Origin: a virus
Strand: one strand, 5' to 3'
Virus record (IMG/VR): IMGVR_UViG_3300021371_001301
Span: 1,675-65,674 of that record
Length of the DNA stretch: 64,000 nt
This document shows positions 31,574-41,439 of the stretch, in pieces. How positions within the stretch are numbered: position 1 is the stretch's first letter; each line of letters opens with the position of its first letter. Made by a program: the position numbers and the translations under genes. The notes under the pieces were generated by a model. It ran no database searches and was not told where the DNA came from. It saw nothing but the letters and a program-made list of their open reading frames with translations.

Positions 31574-32763
31574 GTACATTTTGTCCACTATTATTTCAAC
31601 ACTTAGCAACCCATCCACACGGTGGTGTAACACACTGTTGTATTGCAGACCATCGTAATGCAATTAGTAGCAGCCGTGACAGTACTGAAAATGGACACCG
31701 CTACTATAATCTAAATCAGGACACTGTACAGGATACTATGAACAGTGAAAGTTTTAGGCGTGCCAGATTAGAATCACTAGCTGGTAAAAAGACAAAAGCG
31801 TGTATGCGTTGCTATAGTGAAGAAGCTAAAGGAATGCAGTCAAAAAGACTAGAGGAAATAAAAAATTATCCTGATTATACACAAGATGTAGCTCAATCAG
31901 TCACCGATGCTGATGGTTATATACAAGATGTACAACTAGAATTTGTAGAACTACGTCTGGGTAATACTTGTAATGTAGCATGCAGAACTTGCAATCCAGC
32001 AAGTAGTAGTAAGTGGCGTAATGACTATGATAAGTTACAAGCAGACTTAACATTTGATTTAACCAACTATAATACTATGCAAGGCTTTCGTTGGCCAGAA
32101 CGTGAAGGGTTTTGGGAAGATTTACTCAAACATTGTGATAGTGTAAAAACATTTTATATCAATGGTGGCGAGCCTACTATGATTAAGCAGCATTTCAAGT
32201 TTTTGGAACGTTTAGTTGAAATAGGAAAAACAGATATCAAGTTATGGTATAACATCAATATGACTCGTATGAGTGAAGAGATGATTGAATTATGGCGTAA
32301 ATTTGACACAGTTAAAGTTAGTTGTAGTATTGATGACCTGGGTGAACGTAACGAGTATATACGACATCCAACCAAATGGGACGATGTTATGCGTACCTTC
32401 TTGCGTTTAAAAGAAGAAGACTTTGAATTAGATGTAACACAAACTGTGAGCTTTATGAACTATAGTACACTGGGAGATTTTTATGACTTCTTCTATAATC
32501 AACATGGCGTATGGGTACATCATAACTATGTATACGATCCTGCCATACTAAGTCCTGCTGTGTTACCAAAACAAATGCGTGATGATATTCATAACCGTGT
32601 TGGAAACATATTTCCAGACTGGAAAGTGCAAGAGCTAAAAAATATGTTTGGTGGTCCTGACAATCCAACATCTTGGGCGAAAGCAAAAGCATATACACAA
32701 AGTTTAGATCGTATACGTAAGCAAAGTATAACTGACTACTTACCGGAGATTTGTTTTGACTAA
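31570..32763 (+). CDS. Radical SAM protein with N-terminal twitch domain (#7)
   Basis: CPLLF..GGVTHCC..CMRC, CNVACRTC, NGGEP. Confidence 0.9.
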   Translation: MSTFCPLLFQHLATHPHGGVTHCCIADHRNAISSSRDSTENGHRYYNLNQDTVQDTMNSESFRRARLESLAGKKTKACMRCYSEEAKGMQSKRLEEIKNYPDYTQDVAQSVTDADGYIQDVQLEFVELRLGNTCNVACRTCNPASSSKWRNDYDKLQADLTFDLTNYNTMQGFRWPEREGFWEDLLKHCDSVKTFYINGGEPTMIKQHFKFLERLVEIGKTDIKLWYNINMTRMSEEMIELWRKFDTVKVSCSIDDLGERNEYIRHPTKWDDVMRTFLRLKEEDFELDVTQTVSFMNYSTLGDFYDFFYNQHGVWVHHNYVYDPAILSPAVLPKQMRDDIHNRVGNIFPDWKVQELKNMFGGPDNPTSWAKAKAYTQSLDRIRKQSITDYLPEICFD

Positions 32764-33481
32764 GTTATATACATTTGGCTGTAGTTATACATTTGGACAG
32801 GGATTGGATGATCTCCCTATGAGTTTCAGAGACAGGAATAAATCACTTATCCCACCATCAAAGTTGGGATGGCCTAACCTGGTTGCTACTGCTTTAGGGT
32901 ATGAGCTTGTAAATTTAGCTGTGCCAGGTATATCTAACAGGCATATAGTACATGTTGTACTCAATGAACTTCCTTACATTGATCCTAAAGGTAAAGTTAT
33001 TATACATTGGACGCATGTTGGACGATCAATGTTTTTCACTACATCACCCAACCCGCCAGTTGCACCCAGCATCTACAAAAATGTTCGTAATAGTTCGTTA
33101 GCACATATTGAAAGAATAGCACCATGGATAAAAACTAAAACATCAGAAAATTATTACAAACATATTGGTAATGAGTTTCACTGGTATCATGATGCCATTA
33201 TGCTTATGGACTATACAGATTTAAAACTAAAACAACATGGTATTAGCAAAGTATTACATTTAGGACCAGCACTTGGAGCAGGAGCAACCAGCGGCTCCAC
33301 GTCTATGTTATTAAGAGGTCTTAAAGAAGACTTATATAGCAGCAAAATGCGCCGAGATGAAACTGTTATACACCTTATGCAAATTGATAAAGCAAAAGAT
33401 GATAGTCATCCAGGATTAAAAACTCAACATAAGTATGCACAATATATAATTAAAGAACATGGCGAGTATTTAAATGGGTAA
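32756..33481 (+). CDS. SGNH/GDSL hydrolase-like protein
   Basis: TFGCSYTFGQG..WP..NLAVPGISN and C-terminal DDSHPG. Confidence 0.7.
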   Translation: MTKLYTFGCSYTFGQGLDDLPMSFRDRNKSLIPPSKLGWPNLVATALGYELVNLAVPGISNRHIVHVVLNELPYIDPKGKVIIHWTHVGRSMFFTTSPNPPVAPSIYKNVRNSSLAHIERIAPWIKTKTSENYYKHIGNEFHWYHDAIMLMDYTDLKLKQHGISKVLHLGPALGAGATSGSTSMLLRGLKEDLYSSKMRRDETVIHLMQIDKAKDDSHPGLKTQHKYAQYIIKEHGEYLNG

Positions 33482-34355
33482 ATCTTTAAAAGTAATTTTG
33501 TTTGGTGAACCACGTGGTATAGGAAACCATAATGACTGCCCTGGCACTAATCAGTTTGATACTATTTTAACAAATTCAACACTAATGTCACGTGTTGATC
33601 GTATCCACGTACACTGGTCAATTACACTGAAAAAAGTATCTCATCAACCATGGAACAACAGTTATATGGTTGATCGTTATGGTGTACGTTGGGAAGAAAC
33701 AGAATACTTACCACAAGAACAAATTTTAAAAAATATAGAAAAATTTATGCATCCATATCTTGCTAAATCTCCACGATTAGTTACATATGATGTACATATT
33801 AGGGAGCCTTCAACACTACGTTGGGGGAAAGAATATCACAAAGTAATTGTAGATGCACTGTCTGAAAATTATGACTATATAATGTTTCATAGACCAGACA
33901 GTAATATCGAAGTTAAAAAAGATGGTCGAGCTGATAAGAGAAAACTATATTCAAAATTTTTAGATACAGACATCCCCGCAGTTTGTATTACTCCTAATCC
34001 AAATAAAACATTATGGACATATTATGATAAAGGCACTGAAACTCAACCATGGGCAGGCTTTTATGTGTCATGGAATGCATATGAAATTATGTTGTGGAAC
34101 CGAAACGGACTAATATTACTTGAACAGTTTATCAAACTTAAAGCAATGAATGAACACAACCATGTTAACTTCGAATATCCAGGTGGCTTTCCTGAAGGTT
34201 GGGGTGTATTCCAAAGTTGGTATACATCACAGAGAATAGATAAGGCAGAAGACTTTTGGAGCGTTGTGTTGTTAGCAATTAGTACGTTTTCACATAACTT
34301 TATGGTTATAGACAATTTACCATTTAGATCTCTTATACGTCAGAAGGGTACTTAA
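33474..34355 (+). CDS. Hypothetical protein
   Basis: 293-aa ORF coupled on both sides. A weak MFHRPD motif could be a GT-like xxD but is unverified. Confidence 0.6.
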   Translation: MGKSLKVILFGEPRGIGNHNDCPGTNQFDTILTNSTLMSRVDRIHVHWSITLKKVSHQPWNNSYMVDRYGVRWEETEYLPQEQILKNIEKFMHPYLAKSPRLVTYDVHIREPSTLRWGKEYHKVIVDALSENYDYIMFHRPDSNIEVKKDGRADKRKLYSKFLDTDIPAVCITPNPNKTLWTYYDKGTETQPWAGFYVSWNAYEIMLWNRNGLILLEQFIKLKAMNEHNHVNFEYPGGFPEGWGVFQSWYTSQRIDKAEDFWSVVLLAISTFSHNFMVIDNLPFRSLIRQKGT

Positions 34356-35287
34356 TGTTTACAGGATCTAATAGATTTGGTTTGTTAAAAGAAAACCTGT
34401 TACCGGAAATTCCATATAGAGAAGATAACTGGACAAAGTATTATAAAGATGGACCTGATGCTATTAATCAGTTTGTAGATAACCTATATCAAGATCAAAA
34501 CTTAGTTACATATTTTATACCACAACTACCTGTGTCAGTACTTTATAATGATTTTAGTTTGGAGTCTTACGAAGATCAAGCTCGTATTATATTAAACAGA
34601 ACACTAAATTTACCAGAGCGCAGTACACAAGAGCTACAAGGCAGACGCTTAGAGTACAGTGTAAAGTATAACCCAGACGAGTATCCCCCAAGTCAAGGAT
34701 ATTATATACAAACAACACTAACATCATTAACTGAACCTGATATATACAATGGAGGCGGCTTTTATACTACAATCTTATATGGTATGTATACTTGGTTTAA
34801 CAATTTTAATTGGGATAGTAATAGTTGGAGTCGTAACATAGGGTTGTTTATAGACCAGTCTGGCAAATGGTTACTGCACCCTGGAAGAGCACGTTTATCA
34901 TATCCGCAGTTTGCTGGCACTAATACTCCAGTTATTGCAGTTGTACATCAGGATATTGATTTAAAAGAATACATTGACAATTCTATTAGAATCAACTACA
35001 ATATTGAAGAGATACAAAAAATAATATGTACGGTGTCAGGTTATTCTGATGCTGATATAAACTTTAGAATACATGACGGTATTGTTGATGCTTGGTATAC
35101 TGAGCGCCGCTATGGTAGGTCATATACTGGAGAAACGTTTACTACATATTTTGGAGATCATTTGACTGTAGAGTTTCGTGATAATGTATTAACATATAAC
35201 GATGAGCCAGTTGTATATTTAAAAGACAACAAACTTTATTTCTACAATACTACTCCACGATTTAATTTAGAGAAAGCAATAAAATGA
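34355..35287 (+). CDS. Hypothetical protein
   Basis: 310-aa ORF with TAATG coupling and an HPGRAR motif of unknown role. Confidence 0.6.
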   Translation: MFTGSNRFGLLKENLLPEIPYREDNWTKYYKDGPDAINQFVDNLYQDQNLVTYFIPQLPVSVLYNDFSLESYEDQARIILNRTLNLPERSTQELQGRRLEYSVKYNPDEYPPSQGYYIQTTLTSLTEPDIYNGGGFYTTILYGMYTWFNNFNWDSNSWSRNIGLFIDQSGKWLLHPGRARLSYPQFAGTNTPVIAVVHQDIDLKEYIDNSIRINYNIEEIQKIICTVSGYSDADINFRIHDGIVDAWYTERRYGRSYTGETFTTYFGDHLTVEFRDNVLTYNDEPVVYLKDNKLYFYNTTPRFNLEKAIK

Positions 35288-35871
35288 AATACACACATCC
35301 TTGGGAATATTTTTTAGTAGAAGACTTTTTACCTCAAGAGTTGGTTCAACAATTAAAAGAGATAGAAGTAAACAGTGACAATAGTAACTGTGAAGGAACT
35401 AGAACTGGTATTCCTGGCAGATATTTCTTTACACCAAACAATCACGACACTATAACAAAAATAGTTGTAGATCATATTTTAGGACGTAAACAAGAGTTTG
35501 AACAACAATTTGGCTATGATCTCAGTAATAGTTACTTGAGAGTTGAACTTGCACAAGATGATGAACAACAATGGCTAGAGCCACATTTGGATTCACTAGA
35601 CAAACGTATTACTATGATTGTTTATATTGATCAAGATGACGAATCAATGACAGACTTGGGTACTGATTTATACCTGACCAATGATGCGTCAGGCGAAAGT
35701 GTTAGAGCTGGCTGGCGAGAAAATCGTTGTCTAGTGTTTAAACCAACTGAAGAAAAATGGCATGGTGTTGCTAAACGTTCGTATCAAGGACGTAGACTTG
35801 TGTTGTTAATTAACTATGTAAACAAAGACACCTGGAACAGTGTTGATCAAGTATGGGATGTAGATGTATGA
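35284..35871 (+). CDS. 2OG-Fe(II) oxygenase superfamily protein
   Basis: PHLD (HxD)..RITMIVYI..GTDLY..LVF..WHGV..R. Confidence 0.75.
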   Translation: MKYTHPWEYFLVEDFLPQELVQQLKEIEVNSDNSNCEGTRTGIPGRYFFTPNNHDTITKIVVDHILGRKQEFEQQFGYDLSNSYLRVELAQDDEQQWLEPHLDSLDKRITMIVYIDQDDESMTDLGTDLYLTNDASGESVRAGWRENRCLVFKPTEEKWHGVAKRSYQGRRLVLLINYVNKDTWNSVDQVWDVDV

Positions 35872-36512
35872 GTTTTGTCGGAGTAACCAATTATAAAAAG
35901 ACAAGTGAACGTTTGCCAGGAAAGCATCATAACGAATTTTATGATGGTAAATCTCTTGTAGATGTTAAACTAGAGCAATTGTTTAACGCAGGAGCAGAAC
36001 ACGTTTACATCAGTACAGATGATACTGAAGTATCTAATACAGAAAATGTTACGTATGTTCAGCGTGACACTGAGTATTGTAATAATGTAACTAGATTTGG
36101 ATATGTGTTAGAAAGAATATATAATGATGTTCCTGTTGCTGATGATCAAAATGTCATTTATACATTTGTGTGTTGCCCATTATTTAAACGCTACAAAGAA
36201 ATGTATAAAGAATACTTGCGAAGCGGTAAAAATCAGATTGCAGTTCACAACAGTACACATTATTATATGGATATAAACAAACGTCCTGTTAACTTTAACT
36301 TTGGGTTGTGGCATCCATATAGTCAGGGCATTGACCCAGTGTACATGTTTCCTTATGCAGGAACAGTGTGTAAAATGAAAGATTTACGTGAAGTTAACTA
36401 TATGATTCCACTTGAATTTGAATACTTTAATATGAATCAATTTGAAGCGATTGACATTGACGAACATGAAGAATTTGAGTTAGCAAAAGTTTTATATGAT
36501 CATTACAAATAG
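35868..36512 (+). CDS. CMP-nonulosonate synthetase-like cytidylyltransferase (NeuA-like)
   Basis: KKTSERLPGK..KSLV..VYISTDD..AIDIDEHEEF. Start moved to ATG 35868. Confidence 0.75.
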   Translation: MSFVGVTNYKKTSERLPGKHHNEFYDGKSLVDVKLEQLFNAGAEHVYISTDDTEVSNTENVTYVQRDTEYCNNVTRFGYVLERIYNDVPVADDQNVIYTFVCCPLFKRYKEMYKEYLRSGKNQIAVHNSTHYYMDINKRPVNFNFGLWHPYSQGIDPVYMFPYAGTVCKMKDLREVNYMIPLEFEYFNMNQFEAIDIDEHEEFELAKVLYDHYK

Positions 36513-37633
36513 TTTGCAAGAACAGGAAAGGCATTTTCAAATGCCTCTCTGCCTCGAGTTTTAATAACACGGTGATTGTGATATTTAATTGCCTGTGATG
36601 TATCACCTTCTTGCATCATAAACTTGGTTATCCAGTTGTCAGCACCAACAGCTGGATTTGTTTGAAAACTGGGATCATTAGATAATGCAAATTTTTCCAT
36701 TACAAGTTTTTTAAATACTAATGGCAAAGCTGAAACACTCATTGGATCCCATACTATGTTGTTGTAAACACGTACTTCGTGTTCTCTTGCCCATGCATGA
36801 AAATCTGGTGTATTCCATATGTTTAACATGTTAATACTATAACTTATGCCAAGATTAATAATACCTTGTTTATCTAACTCTCTCCATTTTAAAAATACTT
36901 CATATGTATCTTTCCAAACACCCGGCCATCTCAGATATTCAAATTGTTCGTGTGTATTATCCAAACTTAGCATAATACGAACCATTTTAAAATGCTTAAA
37001 ATGCTCTACAATATTTTTGGGCCACACAGTACAATTTGTGATCCAAAGTATGTCTATTTCTGATGCTTGACCGCTTTCAACCAAAAACTCAATTAGTTTA
37101 GATTGCTTTTTAATCATAAATGGCTCACCACCACTTAGTTCAATACGTTTACTATTGGCGCTTAGTATTCCCATTTGTTGCCAGAAACTATCTTTTTCTT
37201 GCCACTGTTCAATACGTGGGTCGCCCCAACCTTCTTTTCGAAAGATACTTGCCCACTTACTACTTGCACCAGGCCAACAAATACTACATGCTAAGTTACA
37301 AGTGTTGCCCATTTTTAAATCTAAATACTTAATTTGATTTGGATCACCAGGATCGTTACCAAAGTTACGTATTTCATTGATTCGTTTACTGTCTCCACCT
37401 GCAATCTCAACATCTAAACATCTACGACAATCCGTTTTAAAATGTTTATCAAAGTTTTCGATAAAGTCCTTTCTGTCTTGACTGTCTAACACTTCTTGTA
37501 TATTATGAGTATTAACATTATACGGTTTTCCTTCCGAGTCAACAAACAGCTTATCAGAAACACAGCAAGAGCTAAATGTTCCGTTACTTCGGATTTCAAA
37601 TCCGTTACTAACCATGGGGCAAAATGTTTTCAT
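36503..37633 (-). CDS. Radical SAM protein with N-terminal twitch domain (#8), the only minus-strand gene
   Basis: MKTFCPM..NGTFSSCC..CRRC, CNLACSIC, SGGEP. Start moved to the ATG at 37633. Confidence 0.9.
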   Translation of the reverse strand: MKTFCPMVSNGFEIRSNGTFSSCCVSDKLFVDSEGKPYNVNTHNIQEVLDSQDRKDFIENFDKHFKTDCRRCLDVEIAGGDSKRINEIRNFGNDPGDPNQIKYLDLKMGNTCNLACSICWPGASSKWASIFRKEGWGDPRIEQWQEKDSFWQQMGILSANSKRIELSGGEPFMIKKQSKLIEFLVESGQASEIDILWITNCTVWPKNIVEHFKHFKMVRIMLSLDNTHEQFEYLRWPGVWKDTYEVFLKWRELDKQGIINLGISYSINMLNIWNTPDFHAWAREHEVRVYNNIVWDPMSVSALPLVFKKLVMEKFALSNDPSFQTNPAVGADNWITKFMMQEGDTSQAIKYHNHRVIKTRGREAFENAFPVLANYL

Positions 37634-37646
37634 AAATATATTTATA
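37631..37646. promoter_or_regulatory. Palindromic divergent late-promoter element
   Basis: 14-bp palindrome ATAAATATATTTAT (37632-37645). It reads TATAAATA on the minus strand (37646-37639) and CATAAATA on the plus strand (37631-37638), between divergent genes. Confidence 0.55.
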
Positions 37647-37661
37647 TTAACAGAGTATTTA

Positions 37662-39068
37662 ATGACAATCACAAGAAACTTACTAATACCTTGCAGTGGT
37701 CCTGGAACTCGCAGCATAGGCTACACTAAACTTCATAAAACACTAATAAGAGTCGGTAACTGTGCAGTTATCGATCATATTATTAATAGCTATACTGATA
37801 TCAACAAAATTTTTGTTATGTTAGGATATCAAGCTGACTATGTACGTGAGTATTTGAGCCATGCTGGTTATAACAACATTGAATATATTGAAATCGAGAA
37901 CTGGAGCGAAGGACAAATACCAAGTTTTAAACAATTACCAGTACATGTGTTTGAGCATCCTATATACTATAACGCATGTGACAACTGGAGTCAAGAGGTT
38001 CCTGTTGTAAATGATAATACTTTTTTTACTTGTACTCCAAACAACAGTGAACACTATGATACTGATGGTAATTTAATATATGCAGGTATAAGTTTTATGC
38101 AAGATGCATATGAATATTATGATTGTTTACAAAGAAGTAAGCACAATCGTAATGACCTACTAATAATGAAAGAGCTTAACAACTTAAAACACCAACCATT
38201 GGATACCTGGTATGATGTAGGCAATCGTGAAAGTTATCAAGAAACCAAGTCTCATTATAACGATAGTATAACAGTGCTAGACAAGAAAAATCAAGAAGTA
38301 TATTTTGTTAATCAAAGAGTGGTAAAGTTGTGGGATGATAAGCCTTACATAGAAACAAACAATACAGCGTTTCCACACCCTAGTCCTGTTAAATGTACTA
38401 CACACGGATTAAGTTATCCACATGTAGATGGAGTTGTAAATGTACACAGCGACCAGTATGCCAGTCTTTTTGATAGTTTATCTAACTTATGGAATTACTG
38501 TTTAGTAAACAATGTTCCAGTTTATAACAAAGAACTGTGGCAAGATAAAACATGGGAACGCTTTGATATGATGTGTTCTATAGATGAAAAATATGCAGGT
38601 GTTATTACAATTAATGGACAGGACATAGATTGTACAAAACAGTTTGAAAACATTGACTGGAAAAAACTTAATTGGGGAATATTTGGTCCATGCCATGGCG
38701 ATTTAACTTTGGATAATATTATTATGTCACAGGACACTATAAATTATATAGATCATCGTCCTGGAAAAGTAACAGATATATTTTATGACATATGTAAATT
38801 TTATTTGAGCTTGTTTTTAAACTGTGAAAATTTAGACAACTTGGATCTTGAAGATGATAATATTTACTTAAACATAGACTATCGTTCAGAAAGTCGCATA
38901 GGTTACTTTCGTAATAGTGAAATATATAAAAAGTACTCAGACAAGATAGAACTTGGTGTAGCTGTATTGTGTTTGTGTATGGCACCACTAAATGTAAATA
39001 AAGAGTTGAACCATAAATTATGGTTGTTTGGAATGTTGTCCTTACAGAAAGCATTGGAAAAATCATGA
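37662..39068 (+). CDS. Nucleotidyltransferase + APH/choline-kinase-like fusion (LicC/LicA-like)
   Basis: N-terminal LIPCSGPGTRS..HKTLIRVG..WYDVGN. C-terminal CHGDLTLDNII..YID. Start moved to ATG 37662. Confidence 0.75.
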   Translation: MTITRNLLIPCSGPGTRSIGYTKLHKTLIRVGNCAVIDHIINSYTDINKIFVMLGYQADYVREYLSHAGYNNIEYIEIENWSEGQIPSFKQLPVHVFEHPIYYNACDNWSQEVPVVNDNTFFTCTPNNSEHYDTDGNLIYAGISFMQDAYEYYDCLQRSKHNRNDLLIMKELNNLKHQPLDTWYDVGNRESYQETKSHYNDSITVLDKKNQEVYFVNQRVVKLWDDKPYIETNNTAFPHPSPVKCTTHGLSYPHVDGVVNVHSDQYASLFDSLSNLWNYCLVNNVPVYNKELWQDKTWERFDMMCSIDEKYAGVITINGQDIDCTKQFENIDWKKLNWGIFGPCHGDLTLDNIIMSQDTINYIDHRPGKVTDIFYDICKFYLSLFLNCENLDNLDLEDDNIYLNIDYRSESRIGYFRNSEIYKKYSDKIELGVAVLCLCMAPLNVNKELNHKLWLFGMLSLQKALEKS

Positions 39069-40564
39069 CAAAAAATGTAATATGGGGCTGGACTGGCATG
39101 AGTCATGATGCTAGTTTGGCAGTGTATACTGGAGATGGATTAGAGTTTGCAGCACACAGTGAACGCTATAGTAGAATCAAGAATGACAAAAACTTACATC
39201 AGGATCTAATTGCAGAAGCATTAGAGTTTGGGCACCCAGATAAAATATACTTCTATGAAAACACGTTTTGGAAAAAAACTAGACAGTTATACGCTGGACA
39301 GTTTAATTTACTTCGTAAAGAATCACCAACAAATTACATGAGAAAATATTTACCAACGGCTCCACGCAGTCGTGGCGTCAGTCATCATTTAAGTCATGCT
39401 GCCGCTGGTTATTATACCAATCCAGGTAACAAAGACAGTGCTGTACTTGTACTAGATAGTATCGGTGAATGGAATACTGCTAGTATATGGACTGGCAAAT
39501 CTGGGAAGTTACGTAAAAAATGGAGTCAGAATTATCCACATAGTATAGGTATTTGGTACAGTGCTATGACTCAACGTATTGGATTAAAGCCACAAGAACA
39601 CGAATACATCCTCATGGGTATGGCTGCAATAGGCGATCCAGAAAAGTATTATGAACTTGTAAAGATGGACTTTATATCAAAGATGCCAAGTATACAAGAT
39701 CCACGTATACTATTCAAACGGAACTGTCACAGAGGATGTTTAGATTGGCGTCCTGATTTGAACAGTGTACAAGACTATGCTGACATTGCCGCAGCCACCC
39801 AACGCATATATGAAGAAATATTTGACACTCTTTGCATGTACACTGCACAAAAAACAAAAATGCAAAACTTAGTATTAATGGGAGGCTGTGTACTCAATTG
39901 TGTAGCTAATCCTATTGCAACTAAATATTTTGATAGCGTATGGATTATGCCCAATCCTGGTGATGCTGGTAGCGCAATTGGTTGTGTACTAGCACACAAG
40001 AAACAATTTATGGAGTTTACACATGCCTTCACAGGACACGACATCCAAGGAGAATACCCGGTTAAAGACATTATCACAGCTCTCAAAAGAGAAAAAATCA
40101 CAGCCGTTGCCAGTGGTCGAGCAGAATTTGGACCTAGGGCTCTCGGAAACAGAAGCATTCTTGCTGATCCTAGGGGACTAGACGTCAAAGACCGTGTTAA
40201 TAATATTAAGCATCGAGAAGCCTTTCGACCCTTTGCTCCTATGATACTTGAAGAACACGCAAGTGATTATTTTGAGATGCCACGAAATATAACACACTCA
40301 CCTTTTATGCAGTTTGTTGTAAAATGCAAACAACCTGATAAATTTCCTGCTATTGTACACTATGACAACACTAGTCGTGTTCAAACAGTTAACGAAACAA
40401 ACGGTTGGGTATATACGTTATTACAAGCATGGTTTAAAGAAACTGGGTGTCCGATGTTACTAAACACTAGTTTAAACATCAAAGGTGAACCGTTAGTAAA
40501 CACAAGAGAAGACGCAGAGCGTTGGACAGAACAATATGGAGTACAAGTATGCTTACCAAAATAA
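39065..40564 (+). CDS. Carbamoyltransferase, NodU/CmcH/TobZ family
   Basis: GMSHDASLA, HHLSHAA, GGCVLNC, GDAGSAIG, GRAEFGPRALGNRSILADP, KHREAFRPFAP, LNTSLN.KGEP. Start moved to ATG 39065. Confidence 0.92.
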   Translation: MTKNVIWGWTGMSHDASLAVYTGDGLEFAAHSERYSRIKNDKNLHQDLIAEALEFGHPDKIYFYENTFWKKTRQLYAGQFNLLRKESPTNYMRKYLPTAPRSRGVSHHLSHAAAGYYTNPGNKDSAVLVLDSIGEWNTASIWTGKSGKLRKKWSQNYPHSIGIWYSAMTQRIGLKPQEHEYILMGMAAIGDPEKYYELVKMDFISKMPSIQDPRILFKRNCHRGCLDWRPDLNSVQDYADIAAATQRIYEEIFDTLCMYTAQKTKMQNLVLMGGCVLNCVANPIATKYFDSVWIMPNPGDAGSAIGCVLAHKKQFMEFTHAFTGHDIQGEYPVKDIITALKREKITAVASGRAEFGPRALGNRSILADPRGLDVKDRVNNIKHREAFRPFAPMILEEHASDYFEMPRNITHSPFMQFVVKCKQPDKFPAIVHYDNTSRVQTVNETNGWVYTLLQAWFKETGCPMLLNTSLNIKGEPLVNTREDAERWTEQYGVQVCLPK

Positions 40565-40575
40565 GAGACTTTTTT

Positions 40576-40665
40576 ATGTGGCCAATCGACAAGTATCGTG
40601 CACGTAGAGCTTTTAAAAAACGAATGAAAGAATTAAAAGATCAAGATCCGTTTATATATGAATAA
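40576..40665 (+). CDS. Small basic peptide (29 aa, MWPIDKYRARRAFKKRMKELKDQDPFIYE), absent from the ORF track
   Basis: Read directly. It fills the gap between the carbamoyltransferase stop and the next promoter. Lys/Arg-rich helix ending in DPFIYE. Confidence 0.6.
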   Translation: MWPIDKYRARRAFKKRMKELKDQDPFIYE

Positions 40666-40668
40666 TGA

Positions 40669-40697
40669 TTGACTAATCGTATATAATCGTATATAAT
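40669..40697 (+). promoter_or_regulatory. Sigma70-type promoter
   Basis: TTGACT (40669-74), 17 nt spacer, TATAAT (40692-97). AGAGGAAA lies before the ATG at 40720. Confidence 0.8.
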
Positions 40698-40703
40698 CGT
40701 ATA
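40674..40703 (+). repeat. Perfect 10-bp tandem repeat (TAATCGTATA)x3 spanning the promoter
   Basis: taatcgtata taatcgtata taatcgtata read directly from the sequence. Confidence 0.95.
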
Positions 40704-40719
40704 AAATAAGAGGAAATTT

Positions 40720-41439
40720 ATGTTAGACGTGGTTCAGATAAGTTATGGCGAGGAACAAGCCGACGAGAATTTTGACATTTTAAAATTTTATGCACCGCAT
40801 GCCAAGCGAGTACAAGGAGTTAAAGGAATTTTTAACGCTCATAAAGCAGCGGCAGAAATATCAGAGACTGCTTTCTTTTACGTATTTGATGCTGATGCTG
40901 TAATAGAAGAAAACTTTAATTTTAATTTTAGACCAAATCCAAATAAACTAGAGTATGATGCAGTACCGCAAACAGAGTGCGTATATGTTTGGCGTAGTCG
41001 AAATCCAGTTAATGACCTAGTATATGGATACGGTGGTGCTAAATTATTCCCCCGCAAAAATATGTTGGCGGCAAAGGATTGGAAAGTAGACATGACAACC
41101 ACAATGGGAGCCTGCTTTGTGCCAAAGTTTCAAGTATCCAACATAACAGCATTTAATACCAATCCATTTGAAACTTGGAAAAGTGCATTTAGAGAATGTA
41201 CAAAACTATCAAGTAGTATTATTCCCAACGGAGATAATACAGATAATGAATACAGGTTAAGAGTTTGGTGTGAGCGTGGCGCTTCTCGGCCGTTTGGAAA
41301 GTATTGTATTGCAGGTGCTAAACAAGGCAGAGACTTTGGCGAACACTACCAAAATAATCCAAATGCTTTAAATAAAATCAATGACTTTGATTGGTTGCAA
41401 AAACAGTTTGCCCAAATACTGGAGGATTTGGATGACTGA
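40720..41439 (+). CDS. GT-A/GT2-like glycosyltransferase, paralogue of 16762-17745
   Basis: DVVQISYGEEQADENF..GVKGIFNAHKAAAE.SET..VFDADA, NDLVYGYGG.KLF, WKSAFREC.K. Confidence 0.6.
   Translation: MLDVVQISYGEEQADENFDILKFYAPHAKRVQGVKGIFNAHKAAAEISETAFFYVFDADAVIEENFNFNFRPNPNKLEYDAVPQTECVYVWRSRNPVNDLVYGYGGAKLFPRKNMLAAKDWKVDMTTTMGACFVPKFQVSNITAFNTNPFETWKSAFRECTKLSSSIIPNGDNTDNEYRLRVWCERGASRPFGKYCIAGAKQGRDFGEHYQNNPNALNKINDFDWLQKQFAQILEDLDD

Noticed and set aside
13271-40703. CRISPR array or DGR template suggested by the short repeats
   Set aside because: The YG repeat is coding and the 10-bp repeat has no spacers. No cas or reverse transcriptase gene is seen.
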